The position numbers were made by a program, and so were the translations under genes. Under the pieces are notes generated by a model. The model had not been told where the DNA came from. It searched no databases and saw only the letters and a program-made list of their open reading frames with translations. A stretch of DNA of 44,504 bases, from the sequence record PZ386946.1; one strand, written 5' to 3'. This document shows positions 9,360 to 19,935 of the stretch, piece by piece. The stretch is from a phage. How positions within the stretch are numbered: the stretch's first letter is position 1; each line of letters begins with the position of its first letter.

Positions 9360-9679
9360 AACGAGCGGTGTATCTACAGTACCAGTCAGAGCCAACAGAT
9401 GCAGAACTGGAAGCTATTGGGATGCGCCGCTCTGATTACGAAGATGAAGATCCTGAGGTTTTACACTTCGATGACAACATGATGAAGGCATGGGATATTT
9501 ATTGTTCAATGGCTACACAGTGGAGAGTCGGGGCTAACGGAGCCACAGGTCTAGATTACAACGTGCTAAATTTCCTCTTTAGAGTGTATAATGTTTCTGA
9601 AGAAGAATTGGTGCTCAGTGATTTGCGCATCCTTGAAGCTAAGGCTCTTGAGATGATGGATAACCTGAGAAAAAAATAA
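9045..9679 (+). CDS. tail assembly chaperone GT-like fusion via -1 programmed frameshift at 9350..9356
   Basis: ORF 9368..9679 lies in the -1 frame relative to 9045..9359 and is open back to the slippery site AAAAAAC at the G terminus; conserved G/GT arrangement in tailed phages. Confidence 0.5.
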
Positions 9680-9701
9680 CCCGCTTCGGCGGGTTTTCTA
9701 T
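9677..9701 (+). terminator. rho-independent terminator
   Basis: hairpin AACCCGC-TTCG-GCGGGTT followed by TTCTATT. Confidence 0.55.
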
Positions 9702-9714
9702 TATGGAGGCTTAG

Positions 9715-12699
9715 ATGGCAACAAATGAATTAGCCGGAATCACACTAGCCGTAGACGTCTCGCAAGTAGACAGGGGCACGCAATCCCTACAGAAGTTCAG
9801 GCAAGCTAACCAGCAAGCCGCTTCCGGCATTAGTGAATTCGTCAATGCTGAGCAGGTTGCTAAAAACCAGGCAAGAGACACAGCTCGCGCACTGGCTGAA
9901 CAGCAAGCATCTTTAGCTAAATTGCAAACAGCTATCGACCCAACGGCTGCAAAGTTCCGCAAGCTGCAAGAGGCTGCTGTAGGTCTGGATAAGGCATTCG
10001 CGGCTGGCGTAGTTCCTGATGAGGAGTTTTTCCGATTAGGTGAGGCTCTTGAAACGCAGAATGCAAAACTTGCTCGTTCACGTGCAGCGCTAACTGAGGA
10101 GGGGAGGGCGGCAGCCCAGGCCGCAAAGGATAAGGCAAAAGCAAAAGCTGAAGCGGATAGATTTATCGCATCACTTGAGCGACAGGCTCAAGCAGCGACA
10201 TTGACGCGAGAGGAGTACCTAAAGTTACAAGCGGCCCAGCTTGGAGTTAGTTCCCAGGCTGCACCAATCATTGACAGAATCGCCGACGCATCACAGAAGG
10301 CAAATACCCAGTTAATTGCTCAGAGTAAGGCTTTTCAGAAATCAGGATTAAGCGCCGGGCAATACAAGAATGCCATATCTCAACTACCAGCGCAGATTAC
10401 TGATATTGGCACGTCGCTTGCTGGCGGAATTCCGATTTGGCTTATTGCAATTCAGCAGGGCGGGCAGATCAAGGATGCATTTGGCGGTATTGGTAACACC
10501 TTTAGATTCGCGCTTGCAGCCTTAAACCCATTTAATGTAGCTGTTGGTGTTTTGGGTGGCGCACTTATTGCTCTTGGTGTTGGTGCAGCTCAGGCTGAAA
10601 GTGAATTCAGAGCATTAAACTCCGCAATTGCTTTCTCCAACAACTCTACAATCGCATCAATCTCGCAGGTTAGAGAGTTGGTTAGCTCTGTTTCTGATGC
10701 AACAGGTGCTACCAGAGGACTTGTGACTAGCATCGCAACAAGCCTTATTGAGCAAGGGAACCTTACGCTGACGCAGATTGACAAGATTACTAAATCGACC
10801 GCAAGATGGGCGCAGTTGACAGGTAAGGATGCGAAGGAGATTACTGGTTACTATAACCAGATTGCAAGCGACCCAATCCAGGGTTTAGTTGATTTGGATA
10901 AGCGCTTTAACTTCCTCACACAGGGGCAGTTGACGACAATCGAAAACCTGAGAAAGACAAAGGGAGAAGTTGAGGCCGTTACTGCTGCGATTGATATTTT
11001 CAGCAAGTCTCAGGAAGCCAACCTTAACGACATAGCTGCGCAGTTAACTCCGCTTGAGCTAGCCTGGAATGATTTCAGAAAGTACATCTCTGATATCTGG
11101 GATGCAATTAGTCGTAGAACGGTTGGGGCGCTAAACCTTTTTGTTGATGTAATCGCCGGAACGATTGAACAGATCAGGGTATTCATTAACCAGGGTGATG
11201 TTCTGATTGGTGAATTCGTAATTAGCGCAACTCAGGCATTGCAGAACATTCCTGGTCTTGATGGCGTTGGTGATGATGTTATCAAGGGGCAGCAGAAGAT
11301 TATCGATGCCGCCAAGAAGCAAAACCTTGAGCTAGAGAAGTCTATCAAGGAGCGAGATGCCAGAATCAGAGATGGAGAGCTTGGTTACGTTACTCGCAGA
11401 GAAAATCAGAATACCAATGAGCAGTCAGGTACTGATGAGGAATTTGCAAAAAGGAAGAAGGCTCTTCAGGATGAGCTTGATGCGATCAAGAAGAACAGGA
11501 AAGAAGAAAATAGTAGGGTTAAGGAGCAAAGAGATTTAACAATTGGTTATGAATCTGGCGTTCTGGCGCTTCAGGCTCAACTCAAGGTGCTTCAGGAAAA
11601 CAGGGATATTGGCGCAGTAATAAGCAATGAGCGCAAGCAGTATCTTCAGGAGGAGGCCAAATTCAGGATTCTTGAGCAGAGACAACTTGATGGCTCAATT
11701 ACCAAAGAGCAAGCAAGACTTCTCATTGAAAAGGATAAAGTTCTTGAGTTAGCCAGACAGAAGGCTGAGCTAGGTGATCAGATTGTTTTGCAGGAGCGAG
11801 CTAATAAGTTAGCTGAAGATAACCGCAAGAAGATTCTTCAGATTAACAATGAAGCAAGTAACATCGACTTAGGTGCTGGGTTATCATCTCGTGAGCAACA
11901 GAGGGCAAGAGAGATTCAGGCTCTTCAGTCCAATCAGGTTAATGCTGGCGGCTCTCTTGATGATGTTGATTTTCAGCAGTTGCTGGAAGCAAGAAAGGAA
12001 TACTACAAGCAGGAGGATAATCTTAGGTCAGACTGGCAATCCGGTGTAACATCCACTCTCGCCGACTTGACAGAGAAGTACACTGACTACAACCAGATTG
12101 CTAAGGACTTGACAGTTGCGGCATTCGACGGGATTACAGAGCAAATCACTAACCTTGTAACCACTGGTGAGGCCAATTTCAGGGAGTTCACAGCAAACAT
12201 CCTCAAAATGATTGCGAAGATTGCAACTCAGTTACTTTTGGTTAAGGCTATTGAATCTACAATCAAGAGTTTTGGTGGTGACACTGGTGCAGGTAGCGCT
12301 TTCGAGTCAATAAAATCAGCAATTGGTTTCGCTGGCGGCGGCTACACTGGTAATGGCGGGAAATACCAACCAGCAGGTACTGTGCACCGTGGTGAGTTTG
12401 TATTCACAAAAGAAGCGACAAGCCGAATCGGTGTAAAAAACCTTTACGCACTAATGAAGGGTTATGCAAACGGCGGCGCTGTTGGTGGTCCATCTGGTTA
12501 TGCAAATGGCGGATTGGTTTCTGGTGGTACAGATGTTAATGTTAGCGGCATCACTGTTAACGTTAATGGTGGCGTTGGTGGCGACCCAGAGCAAGCTAAG
12601 GCACTGCAAAGCGGAGTCAAGGCTATAGTAGCGGAAGAGATTGCTCAGTCCTTCCAGCAGGGTGGGCGTGCTTATGCTTACCTGCGCGGATTCAACTAA
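9715..12699 (+). CDS. tail tape measure protein
   Basis: 994 aa, extensive predicted coiled coil, Gly-rich C-terminal region, located between chaperone and M/L/K/I/J-like genes. Confidence 0.9.
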   Translation: MATNELAGITLAVDVSQVDRGTQSLQKFRQANQQAASGISEFVNAEQVAKNQARDTARALAEQQASLAKLQTAIDPTAAKFRKLQEAAVGLDKAFAAGVVPDEEFFRLGEALETQNAKLARSRAALTEEGRAAAQAAKDKAKAKAEADRFIASLERQAQAATLTREEYLKLQAAQLGVSSQAAPIIDRIADASQKANTQLIAQSKAFQKSGLSAGQYKNAISQLPAQITDIGTSLAGGIPIWLIAIQQGGQIKDAFGGIGNTFRFALAALNPFNVAVGVLGGALIALGVGAAQAESEFRALNSAIAFSNNSTIASISQVRELVSSVSDATGATRGLVTSIATSLIEQGNLTLTQIDKITKSTARWAQLTGKDAKEITGYYNQIASDPIQGLVDLDKRFNFLTQGQLTTIENLRKTKGEVEAVTAAIDIFSKSQEANLNDIAAQLTPLELAWNDFRKYISDIWDAISRRTVGALNLFVDVIAGTIEQIRVFINQGDVLIGEFVISATQALQNIPGLDGVGDDVIKGQQKIIDAAKKQNLELEKSIKERDARIRDGELGYVTRRENQNTNEQSGTDEEFAKRKKALQDELDAIKKNRKEENSRVKEQRDLTIGYESGVLALQAQLKVLQENRDIGAVISNERKQYLQEEAKFRILEQRQLDGSITKEQARLLIEKDKVLELARQKAELGDQIVLQERANKLAEDNRKKILQINNEASNIDLGAGLSSREQQRAREIQALQSNQVNAGGSLDDVDFQQLLEARKEYYKQEDNLRSDWQSGVTSTLADLTEKYTDYNQIAKDLTVAAFDGITEQITNLVTTGEANFREFTANILKMIAKIATQLLLVKAIESTIKSFGGDTGAGSAFESIKSAIGFAGGGYTGNGGKYQPAGTVHRGEFVFTKEATSRIGVKNLYALMKGYANGGAVGGPSGYANGGLVSGGTDVNVSGITVNVNGGVGGDPEQAKALQSGVKAIVAEEIAQSFQQGGRAYAYLRGFN

Positions 12700-12729
12700 T
12701 TAACGGGGCTTCGGCCCCTAAGGATTTTT

Positions 12730-13080
12730 ATGGCTATTGATACATTTACCTGGTGCACTCAGATTCAGGGAGGGTCCGCATCCTTCAGCAATACGAACAA
12801 CGTGCGAATTGTTAGCTTCGGCAATGGTTACACCCAAAGGGGTGCGGGTGGATACAGGAGCAACACCAGAAGCTACCAGATGACATACACTAACAAGGAC
12901 TGGCGAGATGTGATGGATTTCTGCCTCAACCACATCATTACCCCGTTCTTCTGGACAACTCCGCAGGGTGATACATCAATGTTTGTGATTCAACAGGATA
13001 GTATTAGCGTGACACCAGTCAGTAAGGAAGTTCAGACTGTAAACATGCAATTCGTGGAAGTATTTAGCTCAATGCGTTAA
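12730..13080 (+). CDS. minor tail protein (lambda M-like)
   Basis: 116 aa, first gene after tape measure; size and order as lambda M. Confidence 0.65.
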   Translation: MAIDTFTWCTQIQGGSASFSNTNNVRIVSFGNGYTQRGAGGYRSNTRSYQMTYTNKDWRDVMDFCLNHIITPFFWTTPQGDTSMFVIQQDSISVTPVSKEVQTVNMQFVEVFSSMR

Positions 13081-13082
13081 AC

Positions 13083-13106
13083 TAGGCCCCATTAGGGGCT
13101 TTTTTA
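13083..13106 (+). terminator. rho-independent terminator
   Basis: hairpin AGGCCCC-ATTA-GGGGCT followed by TTTTTATT. Confidence 0.6.
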
Positions 13107-13118
13107 TTGGAGAAAATC

Positions 13119-13874
13119 ATGTTAAGTCCAAAGTTTGAAAATCAGTTGCAAAGTCTTTTCCCAGGCGAGATTGTGACTCTAATCCAGGTTGACGGAACCT
13201 CCTTTGGCTCTCTCGTTTATTCGTTCCATAATGAGAACATTTCATACACGCCAGAGGAAATCATGCTAGCCCAGATGAATGGGGATCCGCTACCAGAGAA
13301 GACTATTACATTTCGAGGTGAAGAGTATGGCCCTAGACCTTTCGGTATCTCTGGCATCAATATGACCTCTGACGGCAAGGCCAACAAAGTTACACTAACA
13401 GTATCAAACGTAGACCAGCGCATTAGCGCCTTGATTCGAACATACAACGGACTTGTTAAAGCTAAGGTTACCATCTGGATTACTACGCGAGATAACATCA
13501 ATGAAGACGGGAGTATTGCTGATGGAGATTATCGCAAATTCGTTTACTTCATTGAGCGACCTAAGCAGGTTGATTACAAAACTGCGTCATTTGAGCTTAG
13601 TAGCCCGATGGATATGGATGGCATTTATATCCCAGCGAGACTTGTTCAGTCTGTTTGCTACTGGGCTTCTAGGGGTTGGTATCGTAGCGGGAATGGGTGT
13701 GCTTATGCTGGAAATAGATACTTTAATAAGGATGATGAGCCAGTGGCAGATCCTTCATTAGATTTCTGTGCAGGAACTGTTAACAGTTGCAAGCTTAGAT
13801 TTGGCGAGAATAATCAATTGGATTTCGGCGGATGTGCTGCGGCAAGCCTTCAGGCTAAAGCTAATCAGAGTTAA
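13119..13874 (+). CDS. minor tail protein (lambda L-like)
   Basis: ATG 13119 (track start 13107 is TTG); C-terminal Cys cluster (C..C..C..C) as in Fe-S-binding gpL; gene order. Confidence 0.7.
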   Translation: MLSPKFENQLQSLFPGEIVTLIQVDGTSFGSLVYSFHNENISYTPEEIMLAQMNGDPLPEKTITFRGEEYGPRPFGISGINMTSDGKANKVTLTVSNVDQRISALIRTYNGLVKAKVTIWITTRDNINEDGSIADGDYRKFVYFIERPKQVDYKTASFELSSPMDMDGIYIPARLVQSVCYWASRGWYRSGNGCAYAGNRYFNKDDEPVADPSLDFCAGTVNSCKLRFGENNQLDFGGCAAASLQAKANQS

Positions 13875-13885
13875 GTGGAGGTAAA

Positions 13886-14644
13886 ATGTTAACACCAAAA
13901 GTTAAACTGGAAATATTCCAGCACGCAAAAGAGGTTTACCCGCACGAATGCTGCGGGGTTGTTACTCAGAAGGGTAGAGCACAGAAATACCACAGAATCA
14001 CCAATGCCAGCAAGGACCCTGAAAATGAGTTCATCCTTGATTCAAATGAGTATGCAGATGTTCTCTTTGAGTTGGCACACAATGAATCTATTGTTTACGT
14101 CGTTCACTCTCACACAGGTGACGGAGCAACAACAAGACCTAGCCCTGCTGATATCTGTAGCTGCAATGAGTGCGAGATTCCCTATGTAATTGTCAGCATC
14201 CCGGAAGGGGATTTGAGGATCCTTGAGCCATCAACCATGTCACTGATTGGTCGCCCCTGGGGCTTGGGCAGCTTTGACTGCTGGGAGTTGGTTATGGCAT
14301 TCCACAAGAAATACGGCGTCAAACTGAATGACTACCGCGTTAATTACCCGTGGTGGGAGAAGCGGTACAATGAGAATATCTATGATGACAACTGGATTAA
14401 GGAAGGATTTGAGCTAGTAAAAACTTCGGATATTCCAACTGGCTCAATGATCATGATGCAGGTGCAAAGTGAGGTGACAAACCACGCCGGAATCTACATT
14501 GGCAACAACAGATTCATTCACCACCTTTATGGTAAAATGAGTTCCGTCGATATCTACTCCGATTACTGGAGAGAACGCACAGTGCGAATCGTTCGCCATA
14601 AGGATTTACCAGAGGATGTAAGATATGACCCAGAAATTGATTGA
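13886..14644 (+). CDS. tail assembly protein (lambda K-like, MPN/JAB + NlpC/P60)
   Basis: JAMM-like HSHTGDGATTRPSPAD motif in N-terminal half, Cys (FDCWELV) and His (HAGIYIG) of NlpC/P60-like domain in C-terminal half. Confidence 0.8.
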   Translation: MLTPKVKLEIFQHAKEVYPHECCGVVTQKGRAQKYHRITNASKDPENEFILDSNEYADVLFELAHNESIVYVVHSHTGDGATTRPSPADICSCNECEIPYVIVSIPEGDLRILEPSTMSLIGRPWGLGSFDCWELVMAFHKKYGVKLNDYRVNYPWWEKRYNENIYDDNWIKEGFELVKTSDIPTGSMIMMQVQSEVTNHAGIYIGNNRFIHHLYGKMSSVDIYSDYWRERTVRIVRHKDLPEDVRYDPEID

Positions 14645-15197
14645 CATTAAGTTAGGCTTGTCTCTAGGCCGTAAGTTTGGAAAGATTCACCAGATGGCGG
14701 TGAATAGCGTTCCCGAAGCTATGCGAGCACTATGCTCTCAGATTCCTGCCTTTAAGGAGTTTATGAATAGCCACGTAGGGCAGAACGCAAGGTACGCAAT
14801 TTTCGTTGATGGAAAAAATGTGAACGAGCATCGAATCTCTGATTTTAGTGCCGTTCAGGAGATACGCATCTTGCCAATCCCCCAGGGTCGCAAGTCCGGC
14901 GGCTTGTTTCAGACAATTTTAGGTGCCGCTCTTATCACGGTTGGCATCTTTACTGGTCAGATTTACCTTGTTGGAGCTGGTATCTCGCTGGCAGCTGGCG
15001 GCGTAGCTCAGTTGCTTTCACCTCAAGCTACTGGGTTGAAAGACCAGAGTAACCAGACAAGCAATAGAGCCTCTTACGCATTTGGCTCAGCCGTGAACAC
15101 GGTAGCAGCTGGCTATCCAGTATGCCTTCCATATGGTTACAGGACGGTTGGCGGCTCGGTATTTTCTGCCGGCAGCTACGCCGAAGACAATGCTTAA
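14625..15197 (+). CDS. tail assembly protein (lambda I-like)
   Basis: 190 aa, overlaps K-like gene end, hydrophobic C-terminal region; gene order. Confidence 0.65.
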   Translation: MTQKLIDIKLGLSLGRKFGKIHQMAVNSVPEAMRALCSQIPAFKEFMNSHVGQNARYAIFVDGKNVNEHRISDFSAVQEIRILPIPQGRKSGGLFQTILGAALITVGIFTGQIYLVGAGISLAAGGVAQLLSPQATGLKDQSNQTSNRASYAFGSAVNTVAAGYPVCLPYGYRTVGGSVFSAGSYAEDNA

Positions 15198-15204
15198 ATA
15201 TCAT

Positions 15205-15230
15205 ACCCGCCTAGTGCGGGTTTTTTATTT
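15205..15230 (+). terminator. rho-independent terminator
   Basis: hairpin ACCCGC-CTAGT-GCGGGT followed by TTTTTTATTT. Confidence 0.65.
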
Positions 15231-15277
15231 AGTGTAGAATGGCACAAATGATCAAAACAAACATGAGGCTTTGTGAT

Positions 15278-18200
15278 ATGGCTGAAGATATTAAGATTTA
15301 TGGTGCTAAAGGCGGCAGCCAGAAGCAGCACCAACCAGTGGAACAGGAAGATAACCTCATTTCACTAAACAAGGTCAAGGTATTGCTTGCTGTCGCTGAC
15401 GGAGAGGTGGAACCAAACTTCTCAATGAAGGATTTATACCTTGCTGACGTTCCGGTACAAAATCAGGATGGTAGCTACAACTATGAGGGCGTTCGCGCTG
15501 AGTTTCGAGCTGGTACTCAGTATCAGGACTATATCGCTGGCCTTGATGGTGCAAATTCAGAGATTCAGGCATCCAGAGAGATCACGAACGATACCCCGTA
15601 TATCATCGCGGTTAACAATACCCAGCTATCAGCAATTCGAGTTAAGCTATTTTGGCCTCGACTTGTTAAGCAAGAAAGCAACGGCGACCTGAACGGAACA
15701 ACATGCGAGTATGCAATTGACCTTTCTGTTAATGGTGGCGCTTACCAGGAATACACTCGCGGAGTTGCTAACGGCAAGACCACTACAGGTTACGACCGCA
15801 GCATTCGCGTGAACCTTCCGGCAGAATTTGATAGCGCTCTTGTTCGCATCCGTAAGATCACCACAGACTCAACAAGTAGCACGCTAGTTAATGGAATGCA
15901 GATTACAACCTATCAGGAAGTAATCGACGCTAAATTCCGCTATCCGCTTACGGCACTTGTTTATGTTGAGTTTGGCTCAGACTTGTTCCCTAACGGAATC
16001 CCGACAATCTCAATCAAGAAGAGATGGAAGCTGATTCAGGTCCCGACAAACTACGACCCTGAGACAAGAACTTACAGCGGCACATGGAATGGTCTGTTCA
16101 AAATGGCATGGTCAAATAACCCTGCATGGGTTCTTTATGACTTAGTGACAAACCGACGCTATGGTCTTGACCAGAGAGAGTTGGGTGTAGAGATTGATAA
16201 GTGGGGTCTATATGAAGCCGCACAATTCTGTGACCAGATGGTTCCAGATGGAAAAGGTGGAGTGGAGCCACGTTATCTTTGCGACATGGTTGTGCAGAAT
16301 AAAGTTGAGGCCTACACGCTAATTCGTGATATCTGTTCAATCTTCCGTGGCCTGACTTTCTATGACGGCGAAAAGATTGGCATCGTGGTTGATAAGCCTC
16401 GCAACCCATCTTACATCTTCACCAATGATAACGTTGTAAACGGATTGTTCAGTCGAACCTTTGCCAGTGATAAAAGCCTTTACACCACGGCAAACGTTCA
16501 GTTTGATGATGTAGAGAACAACTATCAACAAGATGTAGAGCCGGTATTTGAATTAGAGGCAACTCGTCGTTTTGGATTTAACCCCGTTGACCTTACAGCA
16601 ATTGGCTGTACTCGCAGAAGTGAAGCAAACAGACGTGGCAGATGGCTACTGAAAACCAACCTGAGAAGCGAAACTATCAGCTTCACTACCGGGTTGGAAG
16701 GTATGATTCCGATGATTGGTGAGGTTATTGCGGTTAATGACGCAGCATGGTCGAGTAACTATCAGCTAAACCTTTCCGGTCGTATTGAATCAGTTCAGGG
16801 ATTGCAGGTTTTTACCCCGTTTAAAGTTGACGCAGCGCCGGGTGACAGAATTCTTCTGAACAAGCCAGACGGCAGCCCAGAGGCAAGAACTATTGCCAGC
16901 GTTTCGGAGGATGGTAGAACAATCAACCTTAACACTGCTTTCAGCTTTGTAGCTCAGCCTGATACTGTATTCGCAATCGACAAGGATAATCTGGCGCTTC
17001 AGCAGTATGTTGTGACCGGGATTCAAAAAGCAGATACTGACGGCTCAGATTCATTCCAGTATACGATTACCGCGGTGGAGTATGACCCTAACAAGTATGA
17101 CGAGATTGACTACGGCGTTAACATCGTTGATCGTCCGACTTCAATCGTAGAGCCTGACAGATTGTCGCCGCCTGAGAATTTAACAGTGTCAAGCTACAGT
17201 AAGATTGTTCAGGGCTTGTCAGTTGAGACAATGGTAATTGGCTGGGATAAAGCGCCATATGCTAAAACCTACAATGTTCAATGGAGGAAGGAAAATGGTA
17301 ACTGGATTAACGTACCAAGAACAGCAAGCACAGAAGTTGATATCGAAGGTATTTACGCAGGAATCTATGACGTTAGGGTTCGCAGCGTATCAGATACTGA
17401 AAACGTGTCTGCCTGGTCTGACATTGTAACGGTATCGCTAACCGGCAAGATTGGCCGCCCATCTGCGCCTACTGTTATCACGGCATCAACAGATGAGGTA
17501 TTCGGCATCCGTGTTAAGTGGGGTTTCCCTGAAGGCTCTGGTGACACTGCTTACACTGAACTTCAGCAAGCACCTGATAATGGTGACGGCACTTACAATC
17601 CTGATAACGCAAGCCTGCTGACGTTGCTACCTTATCCAGCCTATGAGTACTGGCATACGCCAATTCAGCCAGGAAAGGTTATCTGGTATCGCGCAAGATT
17701 GATTGACAGAATCGGAAATACCTCTGATTGGTCTGATTTCGCTAGAGGAATGAGTACTGACGATGCCAACATCATCAACGATTATATCAAGGTTGATATT
17801 GAAGGCTCGGAAGGATTCAAGTATCTAGAGCAGAATGCAATTGAGAAAAACCAGGACATTCAGAATCAAGCCGAGGCAATCATCGAGAACGCACTGGCTA
17901 ATGATGGTGATGTTAGAAGAATGACAAAGGAGAACGGCAAACGTAAGGCTGAATATGTTCAGGCTGTGAATCTCATAGCCGATGAAACTCAGGCTCGCGT
18001 AGAGGCTCTAACGGCCCTTAAGGCGCAGATAGATGATGAAGTTGTAGCATCGATTACAGAAGTTCAGACTGCATTAGCCACAGAGACAGAAGCAAGGACT
18101 ACTGCAGACACGGCTCTATCAGCGAGACTTGGTGAAAACGAGGCGGCTCTAAACCAGAAGTTAGACGCATTCTCTAACGCCACATCAACTGGTGTGCAAT

Positions 18201-18634
18201 ACGGAATTAGCCTTGGTCTGAAATACAACGGTCAAACTTATTCATCAGGTATGAGTATGGAGCTTGTTGGCAATGGTGATAATGTTCGCAGTCAGTTTAT
18301 TTTTGACGCAAACAGATTCGCAATCAGTAACGGCATTGGTTCTGGCTCCGGTCAGTGGCAACTCCCCTTCGTTGTCGAGAACGGAAACGTAATCATCCAA
18401 AGTGCGGTAATTGGCGATGGCTCAATCAGCAACGCGAAGATTGGTAACTTTATTCAGTCGAATAACTACGTGGCTAACACTACTGGCTGGAGGCTTGATA
18501 AAGGTGGCACATTCGAGAATAACGGGTTTACGCCTGGTGAAGGTAGAATGAAGCAGACTAACCAAACAATCTCTGTAGCTGATGCCAACGGAAGGCTTCG
18601 TGTTCAGATTGGTCGTTTAACTGGAGTGTACTAA
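15278..18634 (+). CDS. tail tip / host specificity protein (lambda J-like)
   Basis: 1119-1131 aa ORF after K/I-like genes; candidate starts ATG 15239/15248/15278, 15278 has GAGG RBS; size and order as central tail fibre J. Confidence 0.85.
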   Translation: MAEDIKIYGAKGGSQKQHQPVEQEDNLISLNKVKVLLAVADGEVEPNFSMKDLYLADVPVQNQDGSYNYEGVRAEFRAGTQYQDYIAGLDGANSEIQASREITNDTPYIIAVNNTQLSAIRVKLFWPRLVKQESNGDLNGTTCEYAIDLSVNGGAYQEYTRGVANGKTTTGYDRSIRVNLPAEFDSALVRIRKITTDSTSSTLVNGMQITTYQEVIDAKFRYPLTALVYVEFGSDLFPNGIPTISIKKRWKLIQVPTNYDPETRTYSGTWNGLFKMAWSNNPAWVLYDLVTNRRYGLDQRELGVEIDKWGLYEAAQFCDQMVPDGKGGVEPRYLCDMVVQNKVEAYTLIRDICSIFRGLTFYDGEKIGIVVDKPRNPSYIFTNDNVVNGLFSRTFASDKSLYTTANVQFDDVENNYQQDVEPVFELEATRRFGFNPVDLTAIGCTRRSEANRRGRWLLKTNLRSETISFTTGLEGMIPMIGEVIAVNDAAWSSNYQLNLSGRIESVQGLQVFTPFKVDAAPGDRILLNKPDGSPEARTIASVSEDGRTINLNTAFSFVAQPDTVFAIDKDNLALQQYVVTGIQKADTDGSDSFQYTITAVEYDPNKYDEIDYGVNIVDRPTSIVEPDRLSPPENLTVSSYSKIVQGLSVETMVIGWDKAPYAKTYNVQWRKENGNWINVPRTASTEVDIEGIYAGIYDVRVRSVSDTENVSAWSDIVTVSLTGKIGRPSAPTVITASTDEVFGIRVKWGFPEGSGDTAYTELQQAPDNGDGTYNPDNASLLTLLPYPAYEYWHTPIQPGKVIWYRARLIDRIGNTSDWSDFARGMSTDDANIINDYIKVDIEGSEGFKYLEQNAIEKNQDIQNQAEAIIENALANDGDVRRMTKENGKRKAEYVQAVNLIADETQARVEALTALKAQIDDEVVASITEVQTALATETEARTTADTALSARLGENEAALNQKLDAFSNATSTGVQYGISLGLKYNGQTYSSGMSMELVGNGDNVRSQFIFDANRFAISNGIGSGSGQWQLPFVVENGNVIIQSAVIGDGSISNAKIGNFIQSNNYVANTTGWRLDKGGTFENNGFTPGEGRMKQTNQTISVADANGRLRVQIGRLTGVY

Positions 18635-18644
18635 GTGATAGAAT

Positions 18645-18669
18645 TGGCAAATGGATTTGCCTTTTTTAA
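18645..18669 (+). terminator. rho-independent terminator after J-like gene
   Basis: hairpin GGCAAA-TGGAT-TTGCC followed by TTTTTT. Confidence 0.6.
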
Positions 18670-18681
18670 TTGGAGATAATT

Positions 18682-18990
18682 ATGGCTGAGTATGGAATTG
18701 CAACATATGATGCAAATGGTAATTACAATAACTATGGGATTAAGCCTGTTAGTGTTGTTGGTTTTGATTTTCTTTCAGCTGGCAACAATAGCTACTCATT
18801 TAGCTATAATATCCCAGTTGGTACAAAGGTTGGATTCACCATAAGTCTTGATGATGGGGCGATATCTGGACCAGCAAGGAGAATAGTGGCAAGTGGGAAC
18901 ACAATAACGATAACACCAACATCAACACCAGGACCTGGTGTTTACCCATCATCAAATTGCTACCTCATAGCTTATCTGGAGAATCAATAA
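18682..18990 (+). CDS. hypothetical tail-associated protein
   Basis: ATG 18682 with GGAG RBS (track start TTG 18670); N-terminus MAEYGIATYDANGN shared with next ORF. Confidence 0.5.
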   Translation: MAEYGIATYDANGNYNNYGIKPVSVVGFDFLSAGNNSYSFSYNIPVGTKVGFTISLDDGAISGPARRIVASGNTITITPTSTPGPGVYPSSNCYLIAYLENQ

Positions 18991-19682
18991 TGGCTGATTA
19001 CGGAGCTTTTATAGATGTAAATGGAAATCCATTCATAACGCCACTATCAACACCATTCGCACTTTACTCAAAAGGAACAATCGCATCAGGTAATGTTAAC
19101 AACACCCAGTATGCTGATAGATATGTTGACATTCCTCTTAATGTTCCAGTGATAGCTTTTTGCAAAACGACAAACACAAACAATGGTACAGCTTTGTCAG
19201 CATTCACATTTAGGGAGGGATCCAACATTGGAAAGATCTACTTTCAGGGTGTTAATCCAGCAAATCAGGCGTTTGTTATGACGTACTACATATTTGCGAT
19301 ATTCCCACAGACTCTACCTGATTGGGGTATGGCTATATGGGATGCGCAGGGTAGATTGATACTTACAAATGAAACAAAGGTTCTTAGCGACCTAGCAACA
19401 ATTGGCACGCCAGGTTATCAATCTGGTGGTTTAAATATAGACGTAACATTGCAAGGAAGTTGGGCTGTGGTTCCAACAACCCTGGGGAATAGTCAGATAC
19501 AAATAGGAACGCTACCAACTGGTCAGCCAGTTATAACAAATGCGACAGCTGGAACATCCTGCAGGTACAACGGAGTGCAGACAAGAATAAACGCGCAGTC
19601 AACCCTTGGCTCTGGAAATGTGTTAAGCACAACAAATAACGGAAATGTAATAACAGCAATTAACACATCAGCATACGACTAA
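18990..19682 (+). CDS. hypothetical tail fibre-like protein
   Basis: ATG 18990 overlaps upstream stop; N-terminus MADYGAFIDVNGN paralogous to previous ORF; Thr/Asn/Gly-rich. Confidence 0.5.
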   Translation: MADYGAFIDVNGNPFITPLSTPFALYSKGTIASGNVNNTQYADRYVDIPLNVPVIAFCKTTNTNNGTALSAFTFREGSNIGKIYFQGVNPANQAFVMTYYIFAIFPQTLPDWGMAIWDAQGRLILTNETKVLSDLATIGTPGYQSGGLNIDVTLQGSWAVVPTTLGNSQIQIGTLPTGQPVITNATAGTSCRYNGVQTRINAQSTLGSGNVLSTTNNGNVITAINTSAYD

Positions 19683-19683
19683 G

Positions 19684-19707
19684 CCCCTTTCGGGGCTTTT
19701 CTTTTAC
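19684..19707. terminator. bidirectional hairpin terminator between convergent tail and cor-like genes
   Basis: hairpin GCCCC-TTTCG-GGGC flanked by A-rich upstream and T-rich downstream sequence. Confidence 0.55.
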
Positions 19708-19925
19708 ATCGAGCAATCGTGAGACTTAAAGTTATTCTCTGACACGTAGTGGAATGAGAAGGGGTATCCAGCACGTAATAGCATCTCCTCACCGCGCATC
19801 TGGGAGCCAAAAACGTAAACCGAGTACTCTGAGCCACCTGATTCATAAATCGCCGTACAAGTGCGCTCTGGCATCGTAGAGCAACCACTCAGGAGTAATG
19901 CTGCAATTGCGAAAGTCTTTTTCAT
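19704..19925 (-). CDS. cor: Cor-like superinfection exclusion lipoprotein (putative)
   Basis: 73 aa; signal peptide plus lipobox LLSGC; small lipoprotein encoded convergent to the tail-tip genes as Cor in T1/phi80-like phages; RBS AAGGTGG before MKKTF start. Confidence 0.55.
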   Translation of the reverse strand: MKKTFAIAALLLSGCSTMPERTCTAIYESGGSEYSVYVFGSQMRGEEMLLRAGYPFSFHYVSENNFKSHDCSM

Positions 19926-19935
19926 CTTACCCACC

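Noticed and set aside
12700-12718. Identical 19-mer TTAACGGGGCTTCGGCCCC at 12700..12718 and 22675..22693 as a possible mobile or recombination site
   Set aside because: Both copies are UUCG-tetraloop hairpins directly after stop codons and are most simply explained as related terminator or RNA-stability hairpins; too short to call a mobile element.
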